Source of the DNA: an uncultured Spirochaetota bacterium
GTDB lineage: Bacteria; Spirochaetota; Spirochaetia; SZUA-6; CAVTHK01
Direction: 5' to 3'
Length of the DNA: 64,000 nt
Assembly (NCBI GenBank): GCA_963734495.1
Contig: CAVTHK010000001.1
Coordinates: 224,001-288,000, forward strand
The translations under genes and the position numbers were made by a program. Shown in pieces: positions 59,835 through 64,000 of the stretch; the first letter of the stretch is position 1, and every line of letters starts with the position of its first letter. The notes under the pieces were generated by a model. That model was given only the letters and a program-made list of their open reading frames with translations, was not told the DNA's origin and made no database searches.

Positions 59835-62129
59835 GTGAGCGACAGTCTGCGCAAGACCGGCATCGCCGCGATCGGCGACGTGCCGTGGGGCACGCACTTC
59901 TGCCAGTTCTACAAGGCGAAACAGGACCTGCTCGACGTCCTGGTCCCCTACTTTACGGCCGGCCTCGAAAACGGCGAGTACTGCATGTGGGTGACGGCGG
60001 AGCCTCTCGAGCGCGACGAAGCCCGCGCCGCGATGAGCCGGGCGCTGCCGGATCTCGATCGCTACCTGCAGCGCGGCCAGCTCGAGATCCTTCCTTATGG
60101 CGAATGGTACCTCAGGGCGGGAGCCTTCGATTCCAAAGAGGTCCTGAGCGCGTGGGCCGCGAGACTCGAGCGCGCCCTCTCCACCGGGTACGAGGGGCTG
60201 CGCCTTACAGGCAACACCTTCTGGCTGGAGAAGAAGGACTGGAAGGCGTTCACCGACTACGAGGAGGAGATCAACCGGGTCATCGGCTCCACCCGGATGA
60301 TCGCCCTCTGCACCTACTCGCTCGAGAGGTGCGGAATCGACGAAGTCCTCGACGTGGTCAAGAATCACCAGTTCGCTCTCATCGAGCGGCAGGGACGGTG
60401 GGAGCTGATCGAAAGCTCGGATCGCAAGCGCGTCGCGGAGAGCCTGGACCGGCAGAACGCGATCCTGCAGGGGATCAACCGGCTCTTCCGCGAGACGCTG
60501 AGCTCGGAATCCGAGGAGGAGCTCGGACGCGTCTGCCTGGCCGTGGCGGAGGAGCTGACCTCGAGCACGTTCGGCTTTATCGGCGAGCTCCATCCGGAGG
60601 GCCGGCTCGTCGATCTCGCGATCAGCGATCCCGGCTGGGAGGCCTGCCGGATCGAGAGTCGGTGCGGTCACGAGAGGGTCCTCCCCGCCGTGCCTGTGAA
60701 CGGCCTCTACGGTCGGGTGATCCGCGAGCGCAGGGGCTTCTTCACCAACGCCCCGGCCTCGGAGCCGGACAGCGCCGGGCTGCCCGAAGGCCATCCGTCG
60801 TTCAGCGCGTTCCTCGGGGCGCCGCTCGTTCACGGCGGAAAGCTCTTCGGCATGGCGGGCCTCGGCAGGCGCGAGGGCGGCTACCGCCCCGAGGACCTGC
60901 AGACCCTCGAAGCCCTCGCGCCGGCGATCGTGCAGGTCTTCATGCGCAAGCGGGGCGAGCAGGCCCTGCATCAGGCCAAGCAGCTCGCCGAGGCGGGCAG
61001 CCGCGCGAAGACCGAGTTCCTCGCGCACATGAGCCACGAGATCAGGACGCCGATCAGCGCGGTCATCGGCCTGGCGGAGGTTCTGCTCACCCGCATCGCC
61101 GACGCGGAGAACCATCAGTTCGTCTCGATGATCCGTGACTCGGCTCGCTCGCTGCTGTCGATCATCGGGAACATCCTCGATCTCTCGCGCATCGAGAGCG
61201 GCAAGGTGGAGCTGCACATCGAGGACTTCGATCTGCACCGCATGCTGGAGAGCCTGGTCAGCACCTATGGAGTGATGGCGAAAGAGAAGAACCTCAACCT
61301 CGACCTCCATATCGAAGGCGTCCCGCCGTTGATGCGGGGCGACGCGGAGATGCTGAGCCAGGTGCTGCGCAACCTTCTGTCGAACGCGATCAAGTACACC
61401 GAGCACGGAAGCGTGGGGATCGACGTCCGCGTGCCGCAGGGCGGACGGCTGGACGACGGATTGCGCGTGAGGTTCGCCGTCGAGGACACCGGCATCGGCA
61501 TCCCCGCCGGCAAGAGGAACCGGCTCTTCGAGAGCTTCTCCCGCGTGCACGACAGCTCGGTGCGCATCACGCACGAGGGCGCCGGCCTGGGTCTCGCCAT
61601 CGCCAGGCGCCTGGTGGCCCTGATGGGCGGCGAGATCGGCGTGGAAAGTGACGAAGGCCGAGGCAGCACGTTCTGGTTCGAAGTCGATCTGGGGCAGGCG
61701 CAGCAGCGGGAAGCCCCCGACGCCGCGGCGAAGAACGGGGCGACCGCGCTCTGCGGTCTTCCGCGCCTCAAGGTGCTTCTGGCCGAGGACAACCGGACGA
61801 ACCGCAGGTTCCTGCAGATCGTGTTCGAGGATTGCGGGCACTCCGTGGTCGCGGTCGCGGACGGCAGCCAGGCGGTGGAGGCGGTTCAGAAGGAAGAGTT
61901 CGACGTCGTGTTGATGGACGTGCAGATGCCGGTGCTCGACGGCCTGGCCGCTGCCAGGCAGATCCGCGCGCTCGAGGGGGAGGCGGCGAGGATCCCGATC
62001 ATCGCGCTCACCGCCTTCGCGATGCGGCGCGACGAGGAGCGCTGCCTCAAGGCAGGGATGAACGGCTACGTGACCAAACCCGTGAACCTGGACCAGCTCG
62101 CCGAGGAGATCCGCCGGTTCTGCCTGTAG
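59835..62129 (+). CDS. Hybrid sensor histidine kinase (MEDS-GAF-HisKA-HATPase-REC)
   Basis: MEDS (WGTHFCQFY, GLRLTG, ALCTY), GAF (LPEGHP..FLGAPL), H-box FLAHMSHEIRTP, NAIKY, DTGIG, GAGLGL, REC LMDVQMP. Confidence 0.92.
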   Translation: MSDSLRKTGIAAIGDVPWGTHFCQFYKAKQDLLDVLVPYFTAGLENGEYCMWVTAEPLERDEARAAMSRALPDLDRYLQRGQLEILPYGEWYLRAGAFDSKEVLSAWAARLERALSTGYEGLRLTGNTFWLEKKDWKAFTDYEEEINRVIGSTRMIALCTYSLERCGIDEVLDVVKNHQFALIERQGRWELIESSDRKRVAESLDRQNAILQGINRLFRETLSSESEEELGRVCLAVAEELTSSTFGFIGELHPEGRLVDLAISDPGWEACRIESRCGHERVLPAVPVNGLYGRVIRERRGFFTNAPASEPDSAGLPEGHPSFSAFLGAPLVHGGKLFGMAGLGRREGGYRPEDLQTLEALAPAIVQVFMRKRGEQALHQAKQLAEAGSRAKTEFLAHMSHEIRTPISAVIGLAEVLLTRIADAENHQFVSMIRDSARSLLSIIGNILDLSRIESGKVELHIEDFDLHRMLESLVSTYGVMAKEKNLNLDLHIEGVPPLMRGDAEMLSQVLRNLLSNAIKYTEHGSVGIDVRVPQGGRLDDGLRVRFAVEDTGIGIPAGKRNRLFESFSRVHDSSVRITHEGAGLGLAIARRLVALMGGEIGVESDEGRGSTFWFEVDLGQAQQREAPDAAAKNGATALCGLPRLKVLLAEDNRTNRRFLQIVFEDCGHSVVAVADGSQAVEAVQKEEFDVVLMDVQMPVLDGLAAARQIRALEGEAARIPIIALTAFAMRRDEERCLKAGMNGYVTKPVNLDQLAEEIRRFCL

Positions 62130-62157
62130 GAGTCAGCCCCTGCCGCTCTGCTGCCCG

Positions 62158-63042
62158 CTACTCTGCGGGCTGCTGCTCCGGCGGCACGGTCTCTTGGGCC
62201 GCCGAGACCGGGGCGACCCCGACCGGCGGGCGGAAGGCCTCGCGCCATCGCCGCCACAGCACGTAGAGCCCGGCCGCGCCGATGGCGAGCTGCGCCAGCA
62301 GGATGTCGATGCCGGACGACACGATCATGGCGAGAAAGCCGGGCAAGCCGTCCCAGAGCCCGTGAAGCAGGACCACCAGCAGGTACGCGCCGATCACGGC
62401 CAGGTTGATGCGGAAACGCCGGGGCTCGCTCTCCCGGAACAGGACGCTGGCGAAGATGGCGGTCCAGGTGCCGTGGCCGAGCGGCGAGAAGATGCCCCGG
62501 AGCATCGTCACGCCTACGGCCGCGCTCGCGCTCCCGCCGCTGCGAAGGAAGGCCGTGAAAGCGTATCCCGCGCTCTCGAATGCGGCGAACCCCATGCCCG
62601 CGGCCGCGCCCAGCAGGATGCCGGCCGCCTCCGAATCGTGGCGCATGCGGCGGGCGATGACCAGGACGCCGAGGATCTTGGCGAACTCTTCGATGATGCC
62701 GACGATCATGGCGGTCGCGAGGTCGAGCTGCGAGACGAACAGCGGCTCGAGCAACGACGCCGCAAAGGTGCCGAGGACGCCGCCGTAGACAAAGGTGAGC
62801 GCGATCGAGCCGAGCCTGGCGGCAGCCAGGTGACCGTGATCGTAGAGGAAGATCACGTAGGTGATCGGCACCATGAAGCTGCCCAGCATGATCACGGTCG
62901 GGAATATGTTGGGGTTTCCCGTGACGACCAGCACGACGATTCCGGTAAAGTACGCGGCGAGGATGGAGAGGAGCACCCGCCACCAGTAAGAGCGCCGCCT
63001 GGCTGCGCGGCCCGCCAGAAGCGGGAGAGCCTGTTCGGACAT
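62158..63042 (-). CDS. PrsW-family intramembrane metalloprotease
   Basis: IIEEFAK, GMGFAAFES, GHGTWT, LHGLWD; multi-TM; upstream TTGATT-N17-CAGAAT. Confidence 0.88.
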   Translation of the reverse strand: MSEQALPLLAGRAARRRSYWWRVLLSILAAYFTGIVVLVVTGNPNIFPTVIMLGSFMVPITYVIFLYDHGHLAAARLGSIALTFVYGGVLGTFAASLLEPLFVSQLDLATAMIVGIIEEFAKILGVLVIARRMRHDSEAAGILLGAAAGMGFAAFESAGYAFTAFLRSGGSASAAVGVTMLRGIFSPLGHGTWTAIFASVLFRESEPRRFRINLAVIGAYLLVVLLHGLWDGLPGFLAMIVSSGIDILLAQLAIGAAGLYVLWRRWREAFRPPVGVAPVSAAQETVPPEQQPAE

Positions 63043-63144
63043 CCTTACTTACCTCCTGCCTCCAATTCTGCGCAAGAGACCGCGGCGAATCAAGAGAAAT
63101 TGATGCGTTCGCCGTACGCGATGCGGAGGCGCCGATGGCGCGCG

Positions 63145-64000
63145 CTACGGCTTGTACAGGTTGTGCTTGAGCACGGCTTCGTTCAGGCGGATGCCGTGGC
63201 CGGGCTCGGCGGGCGGAGCGATCATCCCGTCCGCCCCGAGCTCGATGTCGCTCTCGAGCAGCTTTTCCGTCTTGCCCTCCGTGATCCCGTGCTCCACGAT
63301 CATGCCGTTGGAGACGGCCGCGACCAGGTGCACGTGGAGCGCCGAGGAGCCGTGGGGCGCCATCTGGACGCCGTGCGCGCTGGCGAGCGACGCCACGTGC
63401 CGCCACTCCGTCACACCGCCCATGATCGTCGCGTCCGCCTGTAGTATATCCGTGCCGCCGCTCGCGATCAGGTCCCGGAACCCGTAGCGGGTGTACTCGT
63501 TCTCGCCCGTCGCCAGCGGGATCGAGGTGCTGTGGCGGAGCTTTGCGAGTCCCTCGTAATCCTCGGCGTGGATCGGCTCCTCGAACCAGAAGGGCTCGTA
63601 CTTCTCCGCGCGGCGCGCGAGCCGGATGGCGTCGACGACGGTGTACGCGTTGTTCGCGTCGATCATCAGCCCCACGTCCGGGCCGATCGCCTCCCGCGCC
63701 GCGCGGATGCGCTCCACGTCCTCGCTCATCGGCGCGCCGCCGATCTTCATCTTGACGCAGCGGGCGCCGGCCTGAACCTTGCTGCGGAGCTCGTCCGCCA
63801 GGCCCTCGAGGCCCTTGCCCTCGACGTAGTAGCCGCCCGCGACGTACACCGGCACGCGCTCGGTGAATCCCCCGAGAAGCTTGTGCAGCGACACTCCCGC
63901 GGTCTTGCCGATGGCGTCCCAGACCGCGATGTCGATCGCCGACATCGCGCGCGTGGCGAGGCCCCGACGGCCGTAGATCTTGGGCTGGAACATGCGGTCC
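63145..64000 (-). CDS. Mandelate racemase/muconate lactonising (enolase superfamily) enzyme, 5' end beyond the window
   Basis: SAIDIAVWD, KMK, MIDAN, WFEEP, ATGENE, QAD, APH, PGHG. Confidence 0.92.
   Translation of the reverse strand, partial: DRMFQPKIYGRRGLATRAMSAIDIAVWDAIGKTAGVSLHKLLGGFTERVPVYVAGGYYVEGKGLEGLADELRSKVQAGARCVKMKIGGAPMSEDVERIRAAREAIGPDVGLMIDANNAYTVVDAIRLARRAEKYEPFWFEEPIHAEDYEGLAKLRHSTSIPLATGENEYTRYGFRDLIASGGTDILQADATIMGGVTEWRHVASLASAHGVQMAPHGSSALHVHLVAAVSNGMIVEHGITEGKTEKLLESDIELGADGMIAPPAEPGHGIRLNEAVLKHNLYKP

Noticed and set aside
3698..63444. Many long Arg/Ala/Gly/Pro-rich overlapping ORFs (e.g. 3698..5818, 7729..9954, 34945..37347, 46026..47903, 59712..61841)
   Set aside because: Alternative-frame or antisense shadows expected in high-GC coding DNA; no motifs or RBS.
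1..64000. CRISPR arrays, tRNA/rRNA genes, IS elements, integrases or prophage genes
   Set aside because: No regularly spaced repeats, RNA gene signatures, transposase/integrase motifs or terminal inverted repeats were seen by eye.

Overview
High-GC bacterial window. The lipobox-free 'xFA|xG..KE' N-termini of the solute-binding proteins (SBPs) suggest a Spirochaetia-like organism (inference only). The window is almost entirely accessory catabolism. It carries two GH31 alpha-xylosidase-like paralogues and three divergent Cys/Zn-type beta-L-arabinofuranosidase-family enzymes (GH127/GH146), two of them flanking an AraC regulator. It also carries a LolD-like ATPase/2xFtsX/LolA-like/outer-membrane-barrel operon. 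A ~26 kb island (22965-48648) holds four cytoplasmic sulfatases, three paralogous family-5 SBPs, two sugar ABC sets, a UroD/MtaA-family protein, two SIS proteins, an amidohydrolase and an MDR dehydrogenase. The right end has a VapBC pair, an ADP-ribosylglycohydrolase, a HypD glycyl radical enzyme with no activase in the window, a Crp/Fnr-DUF2892-CoA disulfide reductase-rhodanese cluster, a MEDS-GAF hybrid kinase, a PrsW-family protease and a truncated mandelate-racemase-family enzyme. About 20 apparent single-base frameshifts are most simply explained as long-read indel errors. I saw no rRNA, tRNA, CRISPR array or transposase. The most notable sequence-level signals are a shared 39-bp operator/promoter motif upstream of both AraC-flanking glycosidases, a CRP-type box at a class II position, an 83-aa histone-H1-like tail on a GH127, and a scrambled NUDIX/cupin remnant with an internal inversion. 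All calls are by motif recognition; no database searches were run.
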